Positions 1-11,425 of a stretch of DNA of 64,000 nucleotides are shown here, in pieces. The stretch covers positions 28,024,001 through 28,088,000 of the forward strand of contig NC_091996.1 of assembly GCF_044704955.1 (NCBI RefSeq), in the 5' to 3' direction. The notes beneath the pieces are model-generated. The model worked only from the letters and a program-made list of their open reading frames with translations. It had not been told where the DNA came from and ran no database searches. Position numbers and translations under genes: made by a program. The DNA comes from Pristiophorus japonicus. Its lineage: Eukaryota. Each line of letters starts with the position of its first letter. The first letter of the stretch is position 1.

Positions 1-321
1 TACGTACTGGCTGATGCAATTTAGGAATTCTGTGCCCTCTATCCCTTTTACACTAATTTTATCCCAGTTAATATTAGGGTAATTGAAATCCTCCACTATT
101 ACCTTGTTCTTTTTGCATTTGTCAGAAATTTGCCTCCAAATTTGCTCTTATATCTCCCTCGAACTGTTTGGAGGTCTATAGTACACTCCCAGCACTGTGA
201 TTGCCCCTTTTTTGTTCTTTAGTTCAACCCATATCGCCTCATTTGATGATCCTTCAAACACATCATTCCTTCTCACAGCTGTAATTGTTTCTTTAACCAA
301 TATTGCCACCCTCCCTCTAAC

Positions 322-2820
322 GAGACCTGGGTGTCATGGTACATCATTGAAGGTAGGCATGCAAGTACAGCAAGCAGTAAAGAAAGCAAATGGCATGCTG
401 GCCTTCATAGCAAGGGGATTTGAGTATAGGAGCAGGGAGGTCTTACTGCAGTTGTACAGGGCCTTGGTGATGCCTCACCTGGAATATTGTGTGCAGTTTT
501 GGTCTGCTAATCTGAGGAAGGACGTGCTTGCTATTGAGGGAGTGCAGCGAAGGTTCACCAGACTGATTCCCGGGATGGCAGGACTGACATATGAGGAAAG
601 ACTGGATCGGCTAGGTTTATACTCACTGGAATTTAGAAGAATGAGAGGGGATTTCATAGAAACTTATAAAATTCTGATGGGACTGGACAGGTTAGATGCA
701 GGAAGAATGTTCCCGATGTTGGGGAAGTCCAGAACCAGGGGTCACAGTCTAAAGATAAGGGGTAAGCCATTTAGGACTGAGATGAGGAGAAATTTTTTCA
801 CCGAGAGAGTTGTGAACCTGTGGAATTCTCTGCCACAGAAAGTTGTTGAGTCCAGTTCATTGGACGTATTCAAAAGGGAGTTAGATGTGGCCCTTACGTC
901 TAAAGGGATCGGGGGTATGGAGAGAAGGCAGGGGTGGGGTACTGAGGCTGCAAGATCAGCCATAATCATAGAAACATAGAAATTAGGTGCAGGAGTAGGC
1001 CATTCGGCCCTTCGAGCCTGCACCGTCATTCAATAAGATCATGGCTGATCATTCAACCTCAGTAACCCTTTCCTCTTCTAAACTCCCGTGGATACAAGCC
1101 CAGTTGATCCAGTCTCTCCTCATATGTCAGTCCTGCCATCCCGGGAATCAACCTGGTGAACTTTCGTTGTACTCCCTCAATAGCAAGAACATCCTTCCTC
1201 AGATTAGGAGACCAAAACTGAACACAATATTCCAGGTGTGGCCTCACCAAGGCTCTATACAACTGCAGTAAGACCTCCCTGCTCCTATACTCAAATCCTG
1301 TAGCTATGAAGGCCAACATGCCATTTGCCTTTTTCACCGCCTGCTGTACCTGCATGCCAAACTTCAATGACTGATGTACCATGCCACCCAGGTCTCATTG
1401 CACCTCCCCTTTTCCTAATCTGTCACTATTCAGATAATATTCTGTCTTCCTGTTTTTGTCACCAAAGTGGATAACCTCACATTTATCCACATTATACAGC
1501 ACCTGCCATGCATTTGCCCACTCACCTAACCTGTCCAAGTCACCCTGCAGCCTCTTAGCATCCTCCTCACAGCTCACACCGCCACCCAGCTTAGTGTCAT
1601 CAGCAAACTTGGAGATATTACACTCAATTCCTACATCTAAAATAATTGATATACATTGTAAATAGCTGGGGTCCCAGCACTAAACCCTGCGGCACCCCAC
1701 TGGTCACTGCCTGCCATTCTGAAAAGGACCCGTTTTTTACGACTCTCTGCTTCCTGTCTGCCAACCAGTTCTCTATCCACGTCAATACATTACCCCCAAT
1801 ACCATGTGCTTTAATTTTGCACACTAATCTCTTGTGTGGGACTTGTCAAAAGCCTTTTGAAAGTCCAAATACACCACATCCACTTGTTCTCCCTTGTCCA
1901 CTCTGCTAGTTACATCCTCAAAAAATTCTATAAGATTTGTCAAGCATGATTTCCCTTTCATAAATCCATGCTGACTTGGACCGATCCTGTCACTGCTTTC
2001 CAAATGCGCTGCTATTTCATCTTTAATTATTGATTCCAACGTTTTCCCCATCACTGATGTCAGGCTAACCAGTCTATAATTCCCCATTTTCTCTCTCCCT
2101 CCTTTTTGAAAAAGTGGTGTTACATTAGCTACCCTCCAGTCCATAGGAACTGATCCAGAGTCAATAGAATGTTGGAAAATGATCACCAATGCATCCACTA
2201 TTTCTAGGGCCACTTCCTTAAGTACTCTGGGATGCAGACTATCAGGCCCTGGGGATTTATCGGCCTTCAATCCCATCAATTTCCCTAACACAATTCCCTG
2301 ACTAATAAGGATTTCCTTCAGTTCCTCTTTTTCGCTAGACCCTCGAACCCCTAGTATTTCCGGAAGGTTATTTGTGTCTTCCTTAGTGAAGACAGATCCA
2401 AAGTATTTGTTCAATTGGTCTGCCATTTCTTTGTTCCCAATTATAAATTCACCTGATTTTGTCTGCAAAGGACCTATGTTGGTCTTCAATAATCTTTTTC
2501 TCTTCACATATCTATAGAAGCTTTTGCAGTCAGTTTTTATGTTCCCTGCAAGCTTCCTCTCATACTTTATTTTCCCCCTCCTAATGAGACCCTTTGTCTT
2601 TCTCTTCTGAATTCTAAATTTCTCCTAGTGCTCAGGTTTGCTGCTTTTTCTCACCAATTTATATGCCTCTTCCTTGGATTTAACACTATTCCTAATTTCC
2701 CTTGTTAGCCACGGTTGAGCTACCTTCCGCTTTTTATTTTTACTCCAGACATTGAATGGCGGTGCAGGCTCGAAGGGCCAAATGGCCTGCTCCTGCACCT
2801 ATTTTCTATGTTTCTATGTT
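322..2820 (+). mobile_element. 5'-truncated CR1/HER1-type LINE 3' end, split by an antisense CR1 insertion
   Basis: RT C-terminus LYRALVxPHLEYCVQFWS (322-966); 3' UTR resumes at 2751 and ends in (TTTCTATG)n; TAAC at both flanks (318-321, 2821-2824). Confidence 0.88.
967..2750 (-). mobile_element. CR1/HER1-type LINE fragment (RT region, frameshifted and internally deleted)
   Basis: CATAGAAACATAGAAA tail; ORFs 1059..1382, 1395..1577, 1624..1824, 1824..2507 encode RT segments (GVPQG, YLDFQKAFDK). Confidence 0.92.
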
Positions 2821-3068
2821 TAACCCCCTCTATCTCACCTGAAAATCATGTAACCAGGAACATTGAGCTGCCATTCCTGCCCCTCTTTAAGCCATGTTTC
2901 AGTAATCGCTAAGATATCATACTTCCACATGTCTATCTGTGCCCTCAGCTTATCTGCTTTATTCACTATACTCCTTACATTTTGGTACATATCATTAAAC
3001 ACAGCCAAACTCTTGTTTTTGTCTATTTTCCAACCTTTGTTTGCTCTGCCTTCTAAACTTTCTTACTA

Positions 3069-3766
3069 CAGGTTGAACATCCGTTATCAGGCACCCTCAG
3101 GACCTGGTCTGTGCCGAATAAGGGATTTTGCCAGACATGGGGGAAGTCACATTTTACAACGGCCAGCCCCCAGCCCCAATACAGATATCCGCGACTCTCC
3201 GATCCACCCCCCACCCCCGCCATGATCTCCAAGACTCATTGAAAGTAATGGAGAGCGGAAGTGAGGAGCGGCTAGCCCAGGACACCGCCCGCCGACCCGA
3301 CCCTGGCCAGGGCACAGGAGGCAGGTCGATGGGACTCGTGCAATCCGTGTGCTAAGCCAGGATCGCGTTAAGGGCAAGCCCGCCCAGTGTAAGCGGAGCT
3401 ACGGCAGCTCTGTGGTTGCAGGAGTTCCCGGCATAGAGGAGAAAGATAGCGGCCAAGCTTGGCAAAACGAAAAACTAGCCAGGGCGAGGGGTTTAAACAT
3501 ATTTATTTTAAAGCTTTTATTTATAATTTAATTCTTTCCCCCCCCCGCCTTACCGCTCCCCACCGACTTGAATACCCACCCTCAAAGCCACTTCGGCAAT
3601 CAGCGCCTTCAGAATCAGACCGAGAGTCTCGGTCTTCAGAAGAGCAGAGAATATTGGTGAGTACGAAAAAGAATTATCTGCGTATGGGCCACCCGGCGGC
3701 TGGGAATGGTGCTGGGCGAGGGGTGGTGCCGGATAAAAGAAACCCGGACAAGAGAGGTTCAACCTG
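3069..3766. mobile_element. Non-autonomous Tc1/mariner-pogo (Tigger-like) DNA transposon / MITE, 698 bp
   Basis: TIRs CAGGTTGAACATCCGTTATCAGG / (rc) CAGGTTGAACCTCTCTTGTCCGG; TA duplications at 3067-3068 and 3767-3768; subterminal GTGCCG(A/G)ATAA repeats. Confidence 0.85.
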
Positions 3767-4847
3767 TACTAATCTTCCAACTCTAACTCCCCCTTCTGAA
3801 TCTATGCTCAGCTTCCCATCCCCTGCCAAGCTAGTTTAAACCCTCCCCAACAGCACTAGCAAACGCCCTTGCGAGGGTATTGGTCCCGGCCCTGTTGAGG
3901 TGCAACCCATCCGGCTTGTACAGGTCCCACCTCCCCCAGAACCGTCCCAATACCCCAAGAATCTAAAACCCTCCCTCCTGCACCATCTCTCCTGCCACGC
4001 ATTCATCTGCTCTATCCTCCTATTTATGTACCTACTGGCGTGTGGCACTGGGAACAATCCGGAAATTACTACCTTTGAGGTCCTGCTTTTTAATCTGTTC
4101 CCTAACTCTCTAACATCTGCTTGTAGAACCTCATCTCGCTTTCTATCCAGGTTATTGGTACCGATATGGACCATGAGCTCTGGCTGTTCACCCTCCGCCT
4201 TCAGAATGTTTTGCAGCTGCTCAGTGATATCCCGGCACCAGGGAGGCACAACATACCATCCTAGAATCACGACTGCGGCCGCAGAAACGCCTGTCTGCTC
4301 CCCTGACTATAGAGTACTCTATAATTATCCCTCTCTTGACCTTTCTCTTCACCCCCCCCCGCCCCCACCCTGTACAGCGGAGCCACCCATGGTGCTATGG
4401 CCTTGGATCTGGCTGCATTCTTCTGGGGAACCATCTACTCCATCAGTATTCAGAACTGAAAACTAGTTAGAGAGCGAGATGCCCTCCAGGGTTCTCCTGA
4501 AATGCCTGACTTTTTTTGTCTGGTTGGCAGTCATCCAGTCCCCCTCTGCCTGCACTCTCTTGAGCTGCGGAGGTGACCACCTCCTTAAACATGCTGTCCA
4601 CAAAACACCCAGCCTTGCGGATGGACTGCAGTGATGCCAGTTGCCTCTCAAGCTCCAAAACCCGAAGCTCGAGCTCCTCCAGCTGATGAAATTCTTGCAC
4701 CTGTGGTTATCCATGACTCGGGACTGGGGTCTGTTATCGGGGATTCTATAGTCAGGGGAGCAGACAGTCCTTTCTGCAGCTGCAGTTGTGATTCCAAGAT
4801 GGTATGTTGCCTCCCTGGTGCCACGGGAAGCAACCTGGAGTTCCCAT

Positions 4848-5700
4848 TCATTCATTCATAGGCAGTCCCTCGAAATTGAGGAAGACTTGCTTCCACTCCA
4901 AACGTGAGTTCTTTGGTGGCTGAACAGTCCAACAAGAGAGCCACAGACCCTGTCACAGGTGGGACAGATAGTCGTCGGGGGAAGAGAGAGGGTGGCACCG
5001 ATTTACCACACGTTCCTTCCGCTGCCTGCACCTGACCTCTTCACGTTCGCAGCGTTGAGATTCGAGGAGCCATCCCGGATGTACTTTCTCCACCTAGGGC
5101 GGTCTTCGGCCAGGATCTCCCAGGTGTCAGTGGTGATGTCGCACTTCACCAAGGAGGCTTTGAGGGTGTCCTTGTAACGTTTCCGCTGCCCATCTTTGCC
5201 ATGAAGAAACTCCACGTAGAGCAATTGCTTGGGGAGTTTCGTGTCTGGCATGCGAACTAAGTGGCCTGTCCAGCGAAGCTGATTGAGAGTGGTTAGTGCT
5301 TAAATGCTGGGGATGTTAACCTGGGCGAGGACACTGATGTCGGTGCATCTGTCCTCCCAGGGGATTTGCAGAAACATCGTTGGTGATATACCTCCAGCGA
5401 CGTGATGTGTCTTCTGTACATCGTCCATGCCCCTGCTCCATACAGGAGGGCAGGTATTACTACAGCCCTGCAGACCTGGAGCTTGGTGGTAGGTTTGAGG
5501 GCCTGTTCTCCACTCTTTTCCTCAGGCAACCGAAGGCTGCACTGGCGGCGATGTTGAATCTCCGCATCAATGTCTGCCTTTGTTGACAAGAGGCTCCCGA
5601 GGTATGGGAAGTGGGCCACATTGTCGAGGGCCACGCCATGAATCTTGATGACTGGGAGGCAGTGCTGTGCGGCGAGGACGCGCTCTTGGAGGACCTTTAC
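4848..5700 (-). mobile_element. 5'-truncated RTE-clade LINE
   Basis: ORFs 5003..5251 (MPDTKLPKQLLY..W) and 5293..5634 (HFPYLGS); 3' end GGAAGCAAGTCTTCCTC..GGGACTGCCTATG with a short tandem tail. Confidence 0.88.
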
Positions 5701-5829
5701 AGATGTTAAGCACGAGGCCTATGAAATAATACATCCCACATGGTGCAGGACGTGCATTCCACCATCAAATGAGAGCCGCACCAGCATCCAACTTGAAGGG
5801 TTTTGCTTGGCAACACCTGCTGCCAGGTC

Positions 5830-5888
5830 CTTTCCCTTCTCCCCCCCTCCCTTCCCTTCCCTTCCCCCTTCCCCTTCCCCCTTCCCAT
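5830..5888. repeat. (CCCTT/CCCCTT)n pyrimidine repeat
   Basis: Read directly from the sequence; G-tract repeat on the minus strand. Confidence 0.85.
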
Positions 5889-5944
5889 CTGTAACATCTC
5901 GGTGGCCTACAGATGCAGCACCTTATTCACTCGCTATAACTTAC

Positions 5945-6600
5945 ACCAGCAGGCCCCACGGCACGAATGCGCTGCGCTCTCCTCCTCCTCCTCCAACTCT
6001 CTTCCCTCGGCGTTGCTAAGGCAATCAGTCGCCCTCTGACCTCTCAACTTCACCAGCGCGGAGGAGGGGGAGCCGACCAATGGGGAGCGGGGAACGGTCC
6101 GGCCAGTGCGGGGTTAAACTCCCGAGCCAGGAGCCAATGAGCGTCCCGCCGCGTGACGTGCGCTGCCGGGGTGAATGTGAATCAAGGAAAGTGGCCATTA
6201 ACAAGCGATCGTGAAGAGTTAGCGAGAGTCAAGCGAGGGGAGGTGAAGGGCTGAAGCGGAGAGTCGGACGGGCGGCTGGCATTCAGCTACCGGAAGCGCG
6301 TCATTGGCCCGGGGCCCGCTCACTCAGTGTCCCAAAATGGCGCCATTGGACCTGGATAAGTATGTGGAGATAGCCCGGCAATGCAAATACCTCCCGGAGA
6401 ATGACCTGAAGGTAACGTGCTGACCGGCTTTCGCCCTTTTATTAACTTTATTGCTTCTCCTTACCTTGCCAAATCTATCGGACGCCTCGGTCGGCAGGTA
6501 GAGTTGTCGCGGCGCACTGGGAGCTGTCAGGACTACAAGTGTAGGCTGTACCTTTGCATTTTGGGGCCTTTGGTCTTGCAGTTCCGCGGGTCTCGGGGTT
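5945..6600. promoter_or_regulatory. CpG-island promoter of PPP6C, probably bidirectional
   Basis: CpG-rich; CCAAT at 6077 and 6134, reverse CCAAT (ATTGG) at 6303, TGACGT at 6154, ETS CCGGAAG at 6290, YY1-like AAAATGGCG overlapping the ATG, RFX X-box-like 6012-6025; no TATA box. Confidence 0.85.
6337..6411 (+). CDS. PPP6C: PPP6C coding exon 1 ([25 protein letters not shown])
   Basis: ATG at 6337 in aaaATGG context; translation matches the N-terminus of vertebrate PP6c; donor AAG|GTAACG at 6412. Confidence 0.98.
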
Positions 6601-7889
6601 TAATTTATAAATATAATGGGGTGTGGGGAAAGTGGATCTCTTGGGGCTATTTTGGGCCGCCCATTGTAGTGACGCTGGACCAACCCAATAAAAACATAAG
6701 AGCCACCCCCACACCCCGAAGGAGGGCACCACTCATGCATAACTTGTCCGTCCAAATCAAGATAACAATCAAGGTACCAATAAAATAACATCAAATCATC
6801 TGTTTCATCAACGATTCAATTAACTTGCTGCGGTGCCCAATGGTCGCAGAAGGAATGGATCCCTTTTGGAAAGGTGGAAGGGACGCGGGTTTTCGGATTG
6901 TTCGCAGGTGTTTCGTTCAGCTGGGAGATTTTGTCTCATCACTTTGGAGACTGTTTAAGCAGGCAGTTAATTCCGCTCCACACCCGAGCTTTTGTGTCAA
7001 ATGTTTCGAGTGAGATCGATTTTACCGCATATTCAATCTAAAAGATGGGTGTATTAATGTATTGTTGGTTGTACCGGGGCTGGAAAGCTTTCAAAGTTGA
7101 GTTGTGTGGAAAAGTTTCAGTTTAAAAAAAAATGTTCTGATCAGTCATCACTGCAGTTAAAAAAAACTCGGAACCGTTATTGTTTAGTTGGTTTAAGTAC
7201 TTTTTAAACCAGTAGAAACAAATACAATTTGCATTTTATAGCATCTTTAACATAGTAAAACATCCCAAAGTGATCAATTCCCTAAACCATGCAATCTCCT
7301 GGAAGAAGTGAAGTAGCAATTGAAGCCAATTTAGAAAAGCAGCCTGCGTTAATCTTTAACTCCTCGTAATCACAGCCAAAACTTATCCTCTATAACTGGA
7401 TGTGTGCTCTTTTGTAAGGGAACTTGACACGTCCCTGAGTGAAGAACTTTACTTGATCCATATCCATGGGATGTTTTGGTGGTCTGTTCCAGATGATGAC
7501 TGTAAATGAAATATTTCCTGGCTTCTATCCCAATAGAAGTTGCTGATTAGCCACAGGCATGGTTATGACAATACCATTTTAGCCAAAGGTACTCATTCTA
7601 ATGGAAAACATCTTGTTTATTCTTGCACAATACAGCTACATGTACTTCATGGGTATCTTTACTTAACTAACATCTACCACCATTGAGCAACCAAGGAGAT
7701 AAAACACTCTTCAATCAAAAAGCACTCGCACTCTGTTTTTTGTTTGTTCGCAAAATAGCAAAAGGTTGAAGTACATCTGCTATGCCATATGAATAAGTAT
7801 TGAGTTCAAAAGCCCAATGATGCTTTTGATTACACTTATTTACTAATCAGAATTGCAATTATACACTTCTGGATCCATGTAGCTGGTGT

Positions 7890-10190
7890 CGAATCATAGA
7901 ATAGTACAGAAGGAGGCCATACGTGCAATGGAATCTGCGCTGGCTCTTTCGAGAGCCATCCAGCTAGTCCCACTCCCTGGCACTTTGCCCATATCCCTGC
8001 AATTTTTTTCTGTAAGTATTTATTCCATTCCTTTTCGAAAGCTACTATTGAATCTGTTTCCATCACCCTATCAAGCAGTGCATTGGAAATCCTAACCACT
8101 CGCTGCATAAAAAAAGTTTTTCCTCATGCCGCCTCTGGTTCTTTTGATCATATTTGTGCCGACTGGTTATCAACCCTTCAGCCTTTGGAAACAGTTTCTC
8201 TTTAATCACTCCATCTAAATCCCTCATGATTTTCAACACCTATCAAATCTCCTCTTGGCCGCTTTTGCTCTGTTCAAAGGAGAACAATTCCAGCTTCTCC
8301 AGTAACTGTAATCCCTCATCCCTGGAACCATTGTTAGTAAATCTTTTCTGTACCTTCTCCAACGCTTTTATTGCAAGGGGTTTTCCAAGAGTAAAGAAGT
8401 CTTGCTGCAATTGTACAGGCTTTGGTGAGACCACACCTGGTGTACAGTGTACAGTTTTGGTCTCCTTGCCTATTAAATGGCGGAGCAGGCTCGAGAGATC
8501 AGGTGGCCTACTCCTGCTCATATTTCTTATGTTATGATATACTTTTCTTTTGAGGGGGTGCAACAAAGGTTCACTAGATTAATTCCTGAGATGAGGACTG
8601 ATTCCTGGGCTGCCCTCTGAGGAGAGATTGAGTATAATGGGCCTATACTTTCTCGAGTTTGGAAGAATGAGATGCTATCTCATTGATTCTGAGAGGGCTT
8701 GACAGGGTAGATGCCAAAATACTGTTTCCCCTGGCTGGAGAGTCGAGAATTATGGGTCATAGTCTTAGAATAAGGGATTAATCATTTATGACTGAGAAGA
8801 GGAGAAATTTCTTCACTCAGAGAATTGTGATTCTTTGGCATTCTCTTGAGAGGGCTATGAATGCCCAGTCGTTGAGTATATTCAAGGCCGAGATCGATTA
8901 GATTTTTTGATTCTGGAATTGTTAATACGGGTTCTTTTTCCCTCAATCTGTTTCAGCGAATACACTGACACACGAACACCAAAGCAGCTTATAACAAAGC
9001 AGTCTTTATTATTTGTTTCAACGGCTGGGACTTATCAGAACAAAGGGACGCTCTCCCTCAGTGTGCCCACTTCCCTCAGACAAGCCCCGTTACAATGTAG
9101 GGGCGCAACGGTTATACACTTTCAGTACGTAATACAATTGAGGGACCTTCAGTTCACCCTATCCTTTGTGATCCCTCCTTCCCTTTGTCCACTCATTAGC
9201 CGATACCTGGCCTTCCTTGCCCAATTAGATACGGGCAAGTGGTTATAGCAACTGTTTTGCACAAAGAGCTTTCTCACCCATTGCTTGTAAATGTTACAGT
9301 TTTACTGGCGTGACTAGTAACTAAGACCTTGAGCAAGTCTGTTATTTGTGCTGATGTTGTAACATTTGCAGTCTGACATTCTTTTAGTTATCCTTCCATG
9401 ATTCCTTTGTTCACTTCACTGTCTCTATTGCTTATACATTTTCTCATATTCTCAGAATCAAGGGATATGGGGATCAGGCGGGAATATGTTGAGGTTGAAG
9501 CTTATTGAATGGTGGAGCAGATTCGAAGGGCAAAACAGCCTACTCGTACTCTTATTTCTTATGTTTCTAAAAGCTTCCCCACCACAGACTTTAAACTAAC
9601 GGGCTGGTAATTGCCAGGTTTATCTTTTTTTGAGCAAGGGTGTAACTAGATCCTTCAGTCCTGTATCTAGGGAGAATTGGAAGGTTGTGGCTAGCACCTC
9701 AGCAACTTAGGATGCAACCCATTGGACCGGGTGACTTATCCACTAAGTACTGCCAGAAAATGTTCTCTTTAAGCTGTGCGGCCACACAGTGCTCTCGGGA
9801 ACTAGCGCAGCCGCCTTGCCTGCTTTTCAATGTAAACAACTCACCTTTATGGTCCCTTGCAGAGGCCATGCTGGGCCCCCCAAAAATTACAGATCCATTG
9901 CTGCCAACCTTTCTAGTACCTCTATCTATTTTTATCTAATATAACAATCTCTTTGTTTACCATAGCTATGGCAAAGTCCTCTTCCTTGGTTAAAAACTGA
10001 TGCACAGTACACATTAATTTCAGCCATGCCTTTTGCCTCCACCAATAGATCTCTATTTTGGTCCCTAATTGGCCCCACCACTCCTCTGACAACCCTTTTA
10101 CCGTTAATATGCCTAAAGATGATCTTTGAATTTCCTTTTATGTTAGCCGGCAATCTATTTTTGTACTGTCTCTTTACCCTTATTTCCTTT
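7890..10190. mobile_element. Cluster of degraded CR1-type fragments in both orientations
   Basis: CR1 3' UTR and RT remnants (about 7890-8370 minus, 8370-9570 plus, 9570-10190 minus). Confidence 0.75.
8920..9454 (-). mobile_element. Solo LTR, copy 1 (535 bp)
   Basis: TG...CA ends, 4-bp TSD GAAT (8916-8919 / 9455-9458); AATAAA on the minus strand (9005-9010); near-identical to 26483..27019. Confidence 0.88.
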
Positions 10191-10194
10191 TGTG

Positions 10195-10625
10195 TCAGCT
10201 AGTGGCTTAGTTGGTACACATTAATTGCCTCTGAGTCAGAAGGTTGCGGGTTCAAGTCCCATACAGAGACTTGAGCATAAACCTAGGTTGACAGTCCAAT
10301 ACAGTACTGAGGGAGTGCTGGAAGTGCCGTCTTTCTGATTGAGACTTTAAACTGATGTCTGCTTTCTCAGGTGGACGTAAAAGATGTCATTAGCACCATT
10401 TCAAAGAAGAGCAGGCGAGTTATCCAAGGTGTCCTGGCCAATATTTATCCCTCAAACAACATAACAAAAAATGATTATCTGGTCATTATCACATTGCCGT
10501 TTGTGGGAGCTTGCTGCCGCATTTCCTACCTTACAACAGAGACTACGCTTCAGAAAGCACTGAATTGGTTGTAAAGTGCTTTGGGATGTCTGATGGTCAT
10601 GCAAGATGCTATATACATCTTTTCT
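10195..10625 (+). mobile_element. tRNA-headed Deu-domain SINE (SacSINE1/AmnSINE1-like)
   Basis: Pol III A/B boxes (TGGCTTAGTTGG, GGTTCAAGTCC), central GTCTTTC..GAGAC..AAAAGAT..GAAGAGCAGG domain, L2-like tail GCTATATA. Confidence 0.8.
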
Positions 10626-11388
10626 CTTTAATTTTTCCACTTTTCTTTTTTATATTCAGCCTGATTCTCCCTTGTATTATCATGCTGACATCTGTCATAT
10701 GCCCCCTTTTTCTGCTTCATCCTATTCTATAAATCCTTGTATTGAACAACACTGACCTAACGTAACTCTTCCCCTATTGTATTATATATTTATATCCTCA
10801 TCAGTTTCTAATCTTCATTTCGACACAACCTTTTATATAGCATTTTTAATGTAGTAAAATGTCTCAAAACGTGTCACAGGAGCGTTATCAAACAACATTT
10901 TGACACCAAGCTACATGAGATATTGGGGCTGATGACCAAAAATTTGGTCAGAGGTAGGTTTTAAAGAGTGTCTTAAAGGAGGAAAGAGGGACTGAGGTTT
11001 AGGGAGGGAATTCCAGAGCTTAGGACCGTGGCAGCTGAAGGCACGATAACTGGTAAACAGAGCTTGATATGAGTTAGGACACTGGCAACAAAGTTTTGGA
11101 TGACTTCAAGTCGATGGAGGGTATAAAGTGGGAGGCCAGCCAGGAGGGTGTTGGAATAGTGAAGTCTAGAGATAACGATGGCAAGAATGTGGGTTTCGGC
11201 AGCAGATGAGCTGGGGCAGGAGCGGAGTCAGGCGATGTTATGGAGGTGAAATTAGGCGGTCTTAATGGTGTAATATGTTCAGAAGCTCATCTTGGGCTCA
11301 GATATTACAGCAAGGTTGTGAACAGTCTGAAATAAAAACAGAAAATGCTGGAAATATTCAGCAGTTCAGGCAGCATCTGGAGAGAGAG

Positions 11389-11425
11389 AGTTCACGTTTC
11401 AGGTTGATGACACTTCATCAGAACT
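11389..11425 (-). ncRNA. Degenerate minimal type I hammerhead ribozyme motif in the Penelope terminus
   Basis: Minus strand reads AGTT-CTGATGA-AGTGTCATCAACCT-GAAA-CG-TG-AACT: stem I AGTT/AACT, CUGAUGA and GAAA core boxes, palindromic ACGU stem III. Confidence 0.7.

Larger units (their letters stand above)
1..4710 (-). mobile_element. Old CR1-clade LINE (ORF1 coiled-coil + SGNH/GDSL esterase and APE endonuclease remnants), interrupted by nested insertions
   Basis: ORF 3836..4270 MVHIGTNN..VVISGL..WCRREGFRF (CR1 ORF1 esterase); ORF 4467..4700 coiled coil; endonuclease fragments at 1-317 (..DFNYPNI) and about 2825-2950 (WQLNVPGY). Confidence 0.85.

Noticed and set aside
197-979. 260-aa ORF as a host gene
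   Set aside because: It is a chimera of antisense CR1 endonuclease sequence and a 5'-truncated CR1 RT C-terminus
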